64,000 nt of DNA from Scyliorhinus canicula (lineage: Eukaryota), in the NCBI RefSeq assembly GCF_902713615.1, contig NC_052146.1, forward strand, positions 310,016,335 to 310,080,334, written 5' to 3'. The translations under genes were made by a program, and so were the position numbers. Positions 36,551-49,700 of the stretch are shown here, one piece after another (within the stretch, counting starts at the first letter, position 1; each line of letters opens with the position of its first letter). The notes under the pieces were generated by a model that saw nothing but the letters and a program-made list of their open reading frames with translations, made no database searches and was not told where the DNA came from.

Positions 36551-37920
36551 GGCCGGGATTCTCCCCTACCTGGCGGGGCGGGGGTCCCGGTGTACCGGAG
36601 TGGCGAGAACCACTACGGAATTCTCCGCACCTTTAGGGGCTAGGCCTGCGCCGGAGTGGTTGGCGCCCCGCTGACTGACGCGAACGGCCTTTGGCGCCCC
36701 GCGGACATGGCATCATGTGGAGGAGGAGGATACCTGCTCCTGGTTCCTGTCAAGGTCACCGCAGCCGACCTCAGGATCGTTCCAGGGTTCAAGCGGGGAC
36801 CTGTGAGGCATTTCCCAACCGACAGCCCGCAAGTGAACCTGTGAATTCACGAATGTCCGGTTTTCCCGCGCAGCTAACTATATAAACTTCAACCTGGACG
36901 AGGCCCAACAGGATGCCCGGGAGGTAGGATTCTCCGCTATGGCCGGGATACTCCAGATCCAGGGGGTAATAGATCACACGCATGGCGACTGGCTCGCACC
37001 GGGGCATCACGGAGTTCCCTTCATCAACAGAAAGGGATTCCACTCCCTGAACCTCCAACTTGTGTGTGACCACCACATGGAGATCGTGCTCGTGTGTGCA
37101 CACTTCCCCGGGAGTGTGCACGGCAGCTGCATCCTGGGACAGTCAGAGATCCCCGACATCTTCGAAGGACACCCCAGGGTGAAGGGCTGGCCGTTGGGGG
37201 ATAAGGGGTAGCCGCTGAGGGCCTGGCTAATGCCGCCAGTGCGGAGGCCGGAGACCGAGGCAGAGACCCGATATAACGAGGCCCATGTGGCCGCCCGGGC
37301 TGTCATTGAGCGGGGCATCGGACTGCTGAAAATGCAGTTCCCATTCATCGGCCGCTCTGGTGGTGCCCTGCAGTACACGCCCCGGAGAGTTGTCTGCTTT
37401 GGGGTGGTCTGCTGTGCCCTCCACATCCTGGCACAGAAGCGGGTTGACGTGCTGGAGGTAGAGACGTATCATACGGCCACCTCTGAAGAGGAGGCGCTGG
37501 AACAGGAGGGGCTGGAGAACGAGCCCGGGGAGGACCCACACGAGATGGAGCACAGTCGGTGGTGGTGAGGGTCCAGCATGCCCGAAAGGACCAGGGAAAC
37601 CCTAATCCTCGCCCGCTTCACCTCAGGACAGAGGGGCAGCTGGATTGAGCTCCGGATGCCCCTGCGTCCTCTGGCTCTGCCAGACCTGGCAGCTCCCCAC
37701 TGTGTGCACCATGGCGTTGATGCCCTCAGCAATGCCCCTCTGTGAGCGGGCCATTCTCTGCAATGCCTCAGCAATGCCCACCTGCCTCTGTGAATTGAAC
37801 ATGCCCTGGAGTGCCTCAGCAATGCCCACCTGAGACTGGGACATGGTCCACAGCACCTGGAAAAGGGCCACCTGTGTCTGGGACATACTGCCGAGGCTCT
37901 CAGCCACGGCCCTCACTGAT
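36551..37920 (+). mobile_element. PIF/Harbinger transposon fragment with DDE transposase remnant
   Basis: TIR-like GGCCGGGATTCTCCCC. ORFs 36939-37211 and 37230-37568: QGVIDHTH...NRKGFHSLNLQLVCD, LGDKGYPL, YNEAHVAARAVIERGIGLLK (DDE_Tnp_4/HARBI1-like). Confidence 0.9.
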
Positions 37921-38401
37921 ATTCCAGACCAGATGGATGGGGATGGAAAAGGGCTGGGAATCGCACTACTGAGAATATCACAGCTGTACTGCGGGAGGAC
38001 CCCTCAGAGGCTCATACAGTGCGGCAATATGGGTAGAGCTCAGGAATAGGAAGGGTGCAGTTACAATGTTGGGGGTTTACTACAGGCCTCCCAGCAGCCA
38101 GCGGGAGATAGAGGGGCAGATATGTTGGCAGATTTTGGAAAGGTGTAAAAGCAACAGGGTTGTTATGTGCGTGATTTTAACTTCCCCTATATGGACTGGG
38201 ACCTCCCCTCTGTGGACTGGGACTCACTTTGTGCGAGGGGTTTGGATGGGGCAGAGTTTGTAAGAAGCATCCAGGAGGGCTTCATGAAACAAAATGTAGA
38301 TAGTCCAACTCAGGAATGTGCCGTACCGGACCTGGTATTGGGGAATGAGCCGCTCAGGTGGTCAAAGTTTCAGGAGGGAGCATTTCAGGAAGAGTGACCA
38401 T

Positions 38402-39116
38402 GGGCAAAATTCCCCGACCCCCAGCAGGGTCGGAGAATCGCCTGGGGCACCTAAAATCCCGCCCCCGCCGAGGCAGAGATTCTCCGCCACCCGGGAAGTG
38501 GCGGGGGCAGGAATCTCGCCACTTCGATCGGAGAGGCCCCTGCGGTGATTCTCCGGCCCGCTTGGGCCGAAGTCCCGCAACTGGGAGGCCTCTCCCGCCG
38601 CCGAGGTTTAAACCACCTCTGGAACGGCGGGATCAGCGGCGCGGGCGGGATCAGCGGCGCGAGCAGGCCCCCGGGGTCCTGGGGGGGGGGGGACGGGGGG
38701 CGATCGAACCCCGGGGGGTGCCCCCTCGGTGGCCTGGCCCGCGATCGGGGCCCCCCGCTCAGACTCCGGGCCAGTGCCCTGGGTGCACTAGTTTCTTCCG
38801 CGGCCGCCACGGCCTCCGCCATGGCGGAAGCGGAAGAGAACTCCACATCGCGCATGCGCCGGCAGTGATGTCAGCGGCCAGCTGCCGCTGACATCACTGC
38901 CGGCGCATGCGCGGACCGGCGAAAGCCTTTCGGCCAGCCCCGCTGCCGGGGAGCCGGTTTTTGCGCCGGTCTTCTGGTGGCAACAGCTCTGGCGTGGGGC
39001 TGGCTCCCAAAGGTGGGGAGAATTCCCCACCTTTGGGGAGGCCCGACCCCTGAGTGGTTGGCGCCACTCCCCTACTCCGGACCCTCCGTCACGCCGGGTA
39101 GGGGAGAATCCAGCCC
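38402..39116. mobile_element. Harbinger-type MITE with 3-bp TSD (CAT)
   Basis: gacCAT-GGGCAAAATTCCCC...GGGGAGAATCCAGCCC-CATaattc; the paralogue near 48210 reads gagtgacCATaattc (empty). Confidence 0.9.
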
Positions 39117-39559
39117 CATAATTCAGTGGGTTTTGAGGTACTGTTGGATAAACGTGAGACTAGTGCTCAGAGTGAAGGCTAATTATAACAATATTAGGAG
39201 GTACTGAAAAATATAGATAATAATAACCTTTATTAGTGTCACAAGGAGGCTAAAATTCACACAGCTATTAAGTTACTGTGAAAATCCTCGCCACTACGGC
39301 ACATGCTCGGGTAAACCGAGGGAGAATTCTGAGGCACGTATTTCTGGAATTGTGGGAGGAATCCGGAGCACCCGGAGGAAACCCAAGTAGGCGCAGGGAG
39401 AGCGTGCAGACTCCGCACAGATAGTGACCCAAGCCGGGAATCAAATCTGGGTCCCAGGCACTGTTATGCAACAGTGCTAATCACTGTGCTACTGTGCCCC
39501 CCTTGGGGCAGATGTTTGTGGGTTAATCAACATCTGGCATGAGGGAGGCTGTGGTGTTC

Positions 39560-39893
39560 TTTGTGTTGCTGATTTCAGGATGGTTGGCGTATTGTTCACT
39601 ATAACCACAAAATAGCTTGAACTTAAACAAAGCTGTAAATTTATTCACAATACTAACTTGTATTCGACACGTAAACAATTGATTAATAACATTTAAACAC
39701 ACTCATCTACAGCTAATCTCACTATTGATATGACTAGGATCTGCTCTCCCTTACACTATCTGTACTTCTGACTCTCTCTAGCTAACTCCTGTACACACTC
39801 CCACAAGGCTCAGCACTACTGCCTGAAATAGTTGTAACCGTAGCTCCCTCTAGTGGCGACTCGAGACACTTCATAAACTCTTGCAGTTCTTAC
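39560..39893 (-). mobile_element. Solo-LTR-like repeat (paralogue about 48675-49008) with a CTCF-like motif
   Basis: Minus strand begins TGTAAGAACTGC and contains AATAAA. CGCCACTAGAGGGAGC at 39843-39858 and 48958-48973. Confidence 0.6.
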
Positions 39894-42800
39894 AGATATG
39901 ATAATACCACAGGAGGATTTCAAATGTCAGTTAATAGGAATTCAGGATTGGTTTCGGCATGTTCCTGTGAGGAAGAAACATACGGATGGCAAGTTTTGGG
40001 AACCCTGGAAATTGTGAGGCCAGTCCAAACGGAGAAGGAAGCAATTGTAAGGGTGAGAAGACTGGGAACAGACAAAGCCAGTGAGGAATAGAAGGAAAGT
40101 AGGAAGGAACTTAAAAAAGGAGTCAGGAGGGTTTAAAGGAGTCACTGACAAACAGGTTTCAAGGAAGATTCAGGGCTTTTTGTCCGGATATGCTCTCTGC
40201 ATGGAGCAAAGGTCAATGGGCGGGGTCCTGAATGAGTACATCAGCATTCATCAAAGACAATGACTTGGTGGATGATGAGACTGGGGAAGGTTGTGCAGAT
40301 AGTCAGAGTCACATTGAGATCAAAACGGAGGGAGGAGGTGATGGGCATCTTGAAAAACATTACGGTCGATACGTCCCCAGGACCGAATGAGACCTACCCC
40401 AGAATACTGAGGGAGGCAACGGAGAAATTGCTGGGGCCAGACATTTAAAGGGACAGGACCACCCCACGGATCAACAGAACCAGAGCCTATTGGGTTTGTG
40501 AAAACTGAGGCCTCTCCACAGGTTAGGGTCTGGGGGGGTCAGATTGGGAGGAATGGCATCTCTATCCCCCCATTCCTCAGGGACTGGGATCTTTACCAGC
40601 TGCTACTGCAACACGGTGGGCATGGGAGTGGGGGTAACTGAGAGAGACTGGAAATAAATCTGAGGGAGCCAAACCCTGTCCCTCCAACTGACATTTTTAA
40701 TATTGGTAAAGGGCACGGAGCCAGCGGGAGTCCCAGGAGAGGCAAATCGAGAGGGAAAAAGCTCAGGTAGTGAGTGAACCAATGGATCTCTCAGGAAGGT
40801 GTTGGGTGGCACAGTGGTTAGCACTGCTGCCTCACTCCGCCAGGGACCCGGGTTCAATCCCGGCCTCAGGTGACGGTGCAGAGTTTGTACATTCTCCCCG
40901 TGTCTGTGTGGGTTTCCTCCGGGAGCTCCGGGTTCCTCCCACAGCCCAGAGATGTGTAGGTTAGGTGGCTTGGCCATGTGGGGGTTACCGGGGTAGGACG
41001 GGGATAGGACGGGGTAGTGAGCCTGGGTGCAGTGCTCTGTCACTGCAGACCCCGATGGGCTGAATGGCCTCCTTCTGCACTGTAGGGATTCTATGATCCC
41101 TCTCCCATCCCAACTGTGGAGAGTTTGGTGATGTGAGGGAGCAGAGAATCCAGCAGGAGAGGAAAAGCCGGAAACACACGGGTATAAAAAGTTTGTAATT
41201 CTCCGAAAGGCGGATTAATGGCGGCTCAGTTATCCTGCTGCCTGTTGGTGTGATTGCAATACGCATTCATTTGCATCTCATGAATACTCAATTTAACAGC
41301 AGCTCGTCAATATCCCATCAGGCCTTCCTATCGTGCATCACGCCAGCGGGAAATCATGTCGGCCTCAAACCCGATTGACAAAGAGAGACATGAACGAGAT
41401 GGACCTCAGTTCCCTCGAGATGTTGAGGTGAGTAACACACAGATCCTGCCTCCCATAGCGCTGCGTCACTCCTGTTACACTCAGCACCTCTCTGCTGAGG
41501 CCACTAGTTTGTGCCCTTCAGCTCCAAGCAGAGCTGGTCTTTATGGGCAGAATGTGCTGCGGGACCCATGGACCCTCCACTCCAATTGTTCTATGTTCCC
41601 CCGGAGGTGTTGTGTGTGGTGAGGGGGTTGCTGATGGAGGCAACGGAGAAATTGCTGGGGCCTTGACAGAAATCAATGTATTCTCACAGGCTACAGGTGA
41701 TGTCCCAGGAGAATGGATAATAGCCAATATTGCTCCTTTGTTTAAAAAGGGCAACAAGATAATCGAGGAAATTACAGTCCGTTGAACCATACGTGAATGG
41801 TAGGGGAATAATTGGAGAGGATTCACTCCCATTTGGAAGCAAGTGGACGTATCAGTGAGAGGCAGAATGGTTTCGCCAAGGGAGGGGGTGGGGGGGGGGT
41901 GGGATTGTGACTCACTAAATTGATTCAGATTTTTTAAGGAATAAATGAAGATGATTGGTTAAGGGAGGGCAGTGGAAGCTGTCTACATGGACTTCAGTAA
42001 GACCATTGACAAGTTCCCTCATCGCAGACTGGGACAGTAGGTCACGTCACGTGGGATCAGAGGTGAGCTGGCAAGATGGGTACAGAACTGGCTCGGTCAC
42101 AGAAGACAGAGGGGAGCAGTGGAAGGGTGTTTTTCAGAATAGAAGGTTATTTGCTGTTTGGAGTACATAGAAATGATTTGGAGGAAAATGTAACTGGTCT
42201 GATTAGTAAGTTTGCAGACGACACAAAGGTCGGAGGAATTGCGAATATCGATGACGGTTCTCAGAGGATACAGCAGGATGGAGATCGTTTGGAGACCTGG
42301 ACAGAGAGATGGCAGATGGAGTTTAATCCAGATAAATGTGAGGTAATGCATTTTGGAAGGTCTGATATAGTTGAGAAATAAAGAGTAAATGGCAGAATCC
42401 TGAAGAGTATTGACAGGCTGAGGGATCTGGGGATCCCTATTGGTCAGAGTCATCACTCCTGATGTGAAGTATCCTCCCCACACAATCCATGCTCATTCCA
42501 CACACACATTCTCAGCAACTGAGCCATTTCTTTGTCTCCACAATCAAACCATCCATTCGACTGACTCTTGCTGCTGGCAATTGGGAGCCACCTCCTGCCC
42601 ACTGCCAGCTCCTGATCCTGCAATCAGTCTTCACTCTCACCCACAACACTGGCACTCCACTGATCAACATCATAACTGATATCTGTGTGAATGTGATGGC
42701 CACTGTCTATCCCTCCTCAGAATCTTTCACCTCTCCACTCTGTTTAACACCACTGAGCACAGGTTCCTGTTTAAAAGTCTCTGATCCACATTCCAGCCCC

Positions 42801-43325
42801 TGGCACTGCGCTCTCACGGTCCCACTCCTGCTGCTCACATCATCCACATTATATCAGCACCAAAGGATTTCTCCTCCAGTGTCTGAATGATCGTCTCTGC
42901 TGTGTCCCCAGGGCACCATCCCTGGCTCCCTCCTCATCCTCATTTCACCCTCAGAAACCTGGTCAACATTCCCATCTTCACCATCACTCAGATCAGTCTC
43001 TCCACCTCCTCCATTGATCCCAATGTTCTTCCCACTCTCTCCAAATGTCTGTCCAACATTCGGACTCGGCTAAGACAAAGTTTCTGTGCAGCTCAGTAAA
43101 CAGCCAGACGGCACTAACCTCCCCAGACACCCCCTCAGGATAAAGCCAGAGATGTGGAACTTTGGGGAATTGCTGAAGCTGAGCTCAGCTTCTTCCCCAC
43201 AGTGAACCCATCAGTAAGATCACTTTACATCACCTCCTAGCTCTTCATCATCACAAACTCATCTCCAATTCACTCATCTGGAAGAGGTTATTGCTGTGGG
43301 TAATTGGAATGAAAACTCTACTTAC

Positions 43326-43670
43326 TGGTTACATTCAGCCGGCTTCCATTCCCATAGATCCTTCCCCACACTGAGCAGTAATAGACGGCAGTGTCACTGG
43401 GCTGCACGTTGCTGATTGTCAGGATGAAGCTGTTGGAGTCGATGTGTCTGGAAGGCAGGAAACGCTCAGACAAACCTGGATACCGGTATATGTTATTCCG
43501 TGCATCATGATCTAAAATCCCCTCCCTCTGTTCCCCTGGCCGCTCCCGGTACCAATAAACATTTCTGTATCTCACTGTGGCGTTCTGCATGGTGCACTGT
43601 AACCGTGCAGTCTGACCCTCTGTGACATGTTCCACACTCGGAGACTGGATAAGGACTGGATCAGTCGCAC
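43326..43670 (-). CDS. Ig V-set exon with germline-joined J-like segment (V1)
   Basis: tttttctctgaaag|GT GCG ACT GAT...GTA ACC A|gtaagt; 345 nt, phase 1-1, open. GATDPVLIQSPSVEHVTEGQTARLQC...VYWYRERPG...FILTISNVQPSDTAVYYCSVWGRIYGNGSRLNVT: C23, W41, C104, DxAxYYC and a (F/Y)GxG G-strand. Confidence 0.95.
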
Positions 43671-45679
43671 CTTTCAGAGAAAAACAAAATCAGTGAGTTA
43701 AATTCTGAGCTGAAAGTTTGCTGTGAGTATTTAAAGGGACAGTCCAGGCAGTAGAAGTTCTGTGTTAAAGAGAGGAAACAGCTTCTGAGACTGATCTAGT
43801 TGTGTTAGTTTGTTAATGATTTCTATCCTGGGGGTTACTCTGTGCTGATCTCAGCAGTACAGATGTGTTGATATAATTGTGAAATGCAATATTGTTCTCA
43901 CACTGTGGAACAGCTCTCTCAAACACACTGACCTCTCCCAGTTAGTGTCTAAATGAATTCCTGGGATGTGGGTGTCGCTGGCTAGGCCAGCTTTTATTAC
44001 CCATCCCTAATTGCCCTGAAGGAGGCGGTGGTGAGCTGCCTTCTTGAACTGCTGCAGTCCATGGAGATTGGAGCTATCTTTACTGAACCAATAGTGGGAG
44101 AGTGTTTCTCACAATAGGAAGCAGGTTTGGGAATTAGAATGGGAAGTGTCTGCAACATTCGAACAGACAGTCAGACATTTAAAGGGACAGGACCACCCCA
44201 CGGATCAACAGAACCACAGCCTATTGGGTTTGTGAAAACTGAGGCCTCTCCACAGGTTAGGGTCCGGGGTGGGGGGGGGGGGGGGGTCAGATTGGGAGGA
44301 ATGGTGTCTCTATCCCTCCATTCCTCAGGGACTGGGATCTTTACCAGCTGCTACTGCAACACGGTGGGCATGGGAGTGGGGGTAACTGAGAGAGACTGGA
44401 AATAAATCTGAGGGAGCCAAACCCTGTCCCTCCAACTGACAGTTTTAATATTGGTAAAGGGCACGGAGCCAGTGGGGGTCCCAGGAGAGGCAAATCGAGG
44501 GGAATACAGCTCAGGTAGTGAGTGAGCCAATGGATCTCTCAGGAAGGTGTTGGGTGGCACAGTGGTTAGCACTGCTGTCTCATTCCGCCAGGGACCCGGG
44601 TTCAATTCCGGCCTCAGTTGACGGTGCAGAGTTTGTACATTCTCCCCGTGTCTGTGTGGGTTTCCTCCGGGAGCTCCGGGTTCCTCCCACAGTCCAGAGA
44701 TGTGCAGGTTAGGTGGCTTGGCCATGTGGGGGGTTACCGGGATAGGACGGGGATAGGACGGGGTAGTGAGCCTGGGTGCAGTGCTCTGTCACTGCAGACT
44801 CCGATGGGCTGAATGGCCTCCTTCTGCACTGTAGGGATTCTATGATCCCTCTCCCATCCCAACTGTGGAGAGTTTGGTGAAAGGAGGGAGCAGAGAATCC
44901 AGCAGGAGAGGAAAAGCCGCAAACCCACGGGTATAAAAAAGTTTGTAATTCTCCGAAAGGTGGATTAATGGCGGCTCAGTTATCCTGCTGCCTGGTGGTG
45001 TGATTGCAATACGCATTCATTTGCATCTCATGAATACTCAATTTAACAGTAGCTCATCAATATCCCATCAGGCCTTCCTATCGTGCATCACGCCAACGGG
45101 AAATCATGTCGGCCTCAAACCCGATTGACAAAGAGAGACATGAACGAGATGGACCTCAGTTCCCTCGAGATGTTGAGGTGAGTAACACACAGATCCTGCC
45201 TCCCATAGCGCTGCGTCACTCCTGTTACACTCAGCACCTCTCTGCTGAGGCCACTAGTTTGTGCCCTTCAGCTCCAAGCAGAGCTGGTCTTTATGGGCAG
45301 AATGTGCTGCGGGACCCATGGACCCTCCACTCCAATTGTTCTACATTCCCCCGGAGGTGTGGTACGTGGTGAGGGGGTTGCTGAGGAAGACAAGGGGGGC
45401 AATGAGGAAGGAGGTTTGTGCAAGAGCGGGTGGAGAGGAGGGGATGGGGCAGGGTGGGAATGTCCATCACCACAGCAACTGGATCCACAACATCTGCTGC
45501 GATGGTTGCTGGGGGTTCAGGGCCTCCCACTTTAACATTGGCTGATGACTCTGGTGCATCAGCCTCAGACTGGAGCTGAGGAGAGGTACAACGCTGCTCA
45601 CACCTCCACACACTCCCTCAGAGAGCAGACCATCGCACCTCTGAAGATGCCACAGAAAGGAAGATAAGAAAAGTGATAG

Positions 45680-46790
45680 GCAGAGAATTCAAGACCCTTT
45701 GTTTGATAATGACGCTGTAAAAAAGTGTAGGGATGGAACAAGGAACGTTGAAAGGACTAACGATAAGATTTTATACCTGAACGTGCAGATCATTTGAAAT
45801 AATGGATAAATTAGTTGTGCAGATAGATGGAAAGGGATTGGACCACTGAAAAATGAGGCCGAAGAAGTAATAATAGGAAACAAAGAAATGGCAGAGGAAC
45901 TGAATAGTTACTTTGCATCAATCTTCACGGTGGAAGACACCAGTGGGATACCAGAGCTCCAGGAGTATCAGGGGGCAGAGGTGAGTGTCGTGGCCATCGC
46001 TAAGGAGAAGGTTCTGGGGAAACTGAAAGGTCTGAAGGTCAATATATCACCTGCACCGGATGGACCACACCCCAGGATTCTAAAAGTGATAGCTGAGGAG
46101 ATTGTGGAGGCATTGCTGATGATCTTTCAGGAATCACTGGAGGCAGGGAGGGCCCCAGTGAACTGGAAAGTGGCTAATGTAACACCGCTGTTTAAGAAGG
46201 GAGGGAGGCAGAAGACGGGAATTTATAGGCTGATAGCTTGACTTCGGTCATTGGTAAGATTTTAGAGTCCATTATTAAAGATGAGATCGCGGAGTATTTG
46301 GAAGTGCATGGTAAAATAGGACTGAGTCAGCACGGCTTCATCAAGGGGAGGTCATGTCTGACAAATCTGTCTGAGTTCTTTGAGGAGATAACAAGGAATT
46401 TAGACAAAGGAGAACCAGTGGACATGATTTATTTAGATTTCCAGAAAGTCTTTGACAAGCTGCCGCATAGGAGACTGTTAAAGAAGTTAAGAGCCCATGG
46501 TGTTAAGGGTAAGATCCTGGTATGGATTGAGGATTGGCTGACTGGCAGAAGGCAGACGGGGGGATAAAGGGTCACTTTCAGGATGGCAGCCTGTGACTAG
46601 TGATGTGCCTCAGGGGTTGGTGCTGGGACCACAGCTTTTCACAATATACATTAATGATCTGGAGGAAGGAACTGAAGGCACTGTTGCTAAGTTTGCAGAT
46701 GAAACAAAGATATGTAGAGGGACAGGTAGTATTGAGGAAATGGGGTGCTGCAGAAGGACTTGGACAGGCTGGGAGAGTGGGCAAAGAAGT
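45680..46790 (+). mobile_element. CR1 RT fragment (paralogue 57290-58410)
   Basis: ORFs 45888-46241, 46238-46567 and 46593-46904 ([32 protein letters not shown]). Confidence 0.85.
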
Positions 46791-49700
46791 GGAATACTGA
46801 TGGGAGCAGTGCAGGAGAGCATACACTTTTATACACCGCCTGCTGGGAGGGGCCAGCAGGCAGGGATTTACCGTAGTACCTGTAATACACGGGCAGTGCC
46901 GTAATACATGCAATATATTACTGTTGGTGTTTACCACATTCATAAGAACATGAGAACATAAGAACTAGGAGCAGGGGTAGGCCATCTGGCCCCTCGCGCC
47001 TGCTCCGCCATTCAATGAGATCATGGCTGATCTTTTGTGGACTCAGCTCCACTTTCCGGCCCGAAAACCATAACCCTTAATCCCTTTATTCTTCAAAAAA
47101 CTATCTATCTTTACCTTAAAAACATGTAATGAAGGAGCCTCAACTGCTTCACTGGGCAAGGAATTCCATAGATTCACAACCCTTTGCGTGAAGAAGTTCC
47201 TCCTAAACTCAGTCCTAAATCTACTTCCCCTTATTTTGAGGCTATGTCCCCTAGTTCTGCTGTCACCCACCAGTGGAAACAACCTGCCCGCATCTATCCT
47301 ATCTATTCACTTCATAATTTTAAATGTTTCTATAAGATCCCCCCTCATCCTTCTAAATTCCAACGAGTACAGTCCCAGTCTACTCAACCTCTCCTCATAA
47401 TCCAACCCCTTCAGCTCTGGGATTAACCAGTGAATCTCCTCTGCACACCCTCCAGTGCCAGTAAGTCTTTCTCAAGTAAGGAGACCAAAACTGAACATAA
47501 TACTCCAGGTGTGGCCGCACTAACACCTTATACAATTGCAACATAACCTCCCTAGTCTTAAACTCCATCCCTCTAGCAATGAAGGACAAAATTCCATTTG
47601 CCTTCTTAATCACCTGTTGCACTTATAAACCAACCTTCTGTGACTCATGCACTAGCACACCCAAGTCTCTCTGAACAGCGGCATGCTTTAATATTTTATC
47701 GTTTAAATAATAATCCCGTTTGCTGTTATTCCTCCCAAAATGGATAACCTCACATTTGTCAACATTGTATTCCATCTGCCAGACCCTAGCCCATATCACA
47801 GCTGTACTGAGGGAGGACCCCTCAGAGGGCAGCCAGGCAATATGGGTAGAGCTCAGGAATAGGAAGGGTGCAGTTACAATGTTGGGGGTTTACTACAGGC
47901 CTCCCAGCAGCCAGCGGGAGATAGAGGAGCAGATATGTCGGCAGATTTTGGAAAGGTGTAAAAGGAACAGGGTTGTTATGTGCGTGATTTTAATTTCCCC
48001 TATATGGACTGGGACCTCCCCTCTGTGGACTGGGACTCACTTTGTGTTGGGGGTTTGGATGGGGCAGAGTTTGTAAGAAGCATCCAGGAGGGCTTCATGA
48101 AACAAAATGTAGATAGTCCAACTCAGGAATGTGCCGTACCGGACCTGGTATTGGGGAATGAGCCGCTCAGGTGGTCAAAGTTTCAGAAGGGAGAATTTCG
48201 GGAAGAGTGACCATAATTCAGTGGGTTTTGAGGTACTGTTGGATAAACGTGAGACTAGTGCTCGGGGTGAAGGCTAATTATAACAATATTAGGAGGAACT
48301 GAATAATCTCGATAATAATAATCTTTATTAGTATCACAAGTAGGCTAAAATTCACACTGCTATAAAGTTACTGTGAAAAATCTCGGCACTACTGCACCTG
48401 TTCGGGTACACCGAGGGAGAATTCGGAATGTTCAATCCATTGAACAGGCACAAATTTCTGGAATTGTGGGTGGAATCCGGAGCACCCGGAGGAAACTCAA
48501 GTAGGCGCAGGGAGAGCGTGCAGACTCCGCACAGACAGTGACCCAAGCCGGGAATCAAATCTGGGTCCCAGGCACTGTTTAGCAACAGTGCTAATCAATG
48601 TGCTACCGTGCCCCCCTTGGGGCAGATGTTTGCAGGTTAATCAACATCTGGCATGAGGGAGGCTGTGATGTTCTTTGTGTTGCTGATTTCAGGATGATTG
48701 GCGTCGTGTTCACAATAACCACAAAATAGCTTGAACTTAAACAAAGCTGTAAATTTATTAACAATACTAACTTGTATTCGACACGTAAACAATTGATTAA
48801 TAACATTTAAACACACTCATCTACAGCTAATCTCACTATTGATATGAACTAGGATCTGCTCTCCCTTACACTATCTGTACTTCTGACTCTCTCCAGCTAA
48901 CTCCTGTACACAATCCCACAAGGCTCAGCACTACTGCCTGAAATAGTTGTAACCGTAGCTCCCTCTAGTGGCGACTCGAGACACTTCATAAACTCTTGCA
49001 GTTCTTACAGATATAATAATACCGCAGGAGGATTTCAAATGTCAGTTAATAGGAATTCAGGATTGGTTTTGGCATGTTCCTGTGAGGAAGAAACATAAGG
49101 ATGGCAAGTTTTGGGAACCCTGGAAATTGTGAGGCCAGTCCAAACGGAGAAGGAAGCAATTGTAAGGGCGAGAAGACTGAGAACAGACAAAGCCAGTGAG
49201 GAATAGAAGGAAAGTAGGAAGGGACTTAAAAAAGGAGTCAGGAGGGTTTAAAGGAGTCACTGACAAACAGGTTTCAAGGAAGATTCAAGGCTTTTTGTCC
49301 GGATATGCTCTCTGAATGGAGCAAAGGTCAATGGGCGGGGTCCTGAATGAGTACATCAGCATTCATCAAAGACAATGACTTGGTGGATGATGAGACTGGG
49401 GAAGGTTGTGCAGATAGTCTGAGTTACATTGAGATCAAAACGGAGGGAGGAGGTGATGGGCATCTTGAAAAACATTACGGTCGATACGTCCCCAGGACCG
49501 AATGAGACCTACCCCAGAATACTGAGGGAGGCAACGGAGAAATTGCTGGGGCCTTGACAGAAATCAATGTATTCTCACAGGCTACAGGTGATGTCCCAGA
49601 GGACTGGAGTATAGCCAATTTTGCTCCTTTGTGTAAGAAGGGCAACAAGATAATCCAGGAAATTATAGACTGTTGAACCATTCGTGAATGGTAGGGGAAT

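Larger units (their letters stand above)
37975..47790. repeat. Segmental tandem duplication, unit A (contains V exon 43326-43670)
   Basis: Same ordered series of CR1 EN fragment, SINE, solo LTR, CR1, V exon, SINE, Harbinger-like repeat, CR1 and LTR fragment as 47790-58640. Confidence 0.85.

Noticed and set aside
43326-43400. V exons as rearranging TCR or Ig V gene segments
   Set aside because: No heptamer-spacer-nonamer follows YYC; the frame runs through a J-like YGNG strand into a GT donor. CACACTG on the plus strand has no matching nonamer, and no D, J or C exons were found.
43671-45000. Leader (signal peptide) exon for V1
   Set aside because: No ATG-initiated hydrophobic exon with a phase-1 GT donor was found by eye in this interval or its unit B paralogue; the leader is left unassigned.
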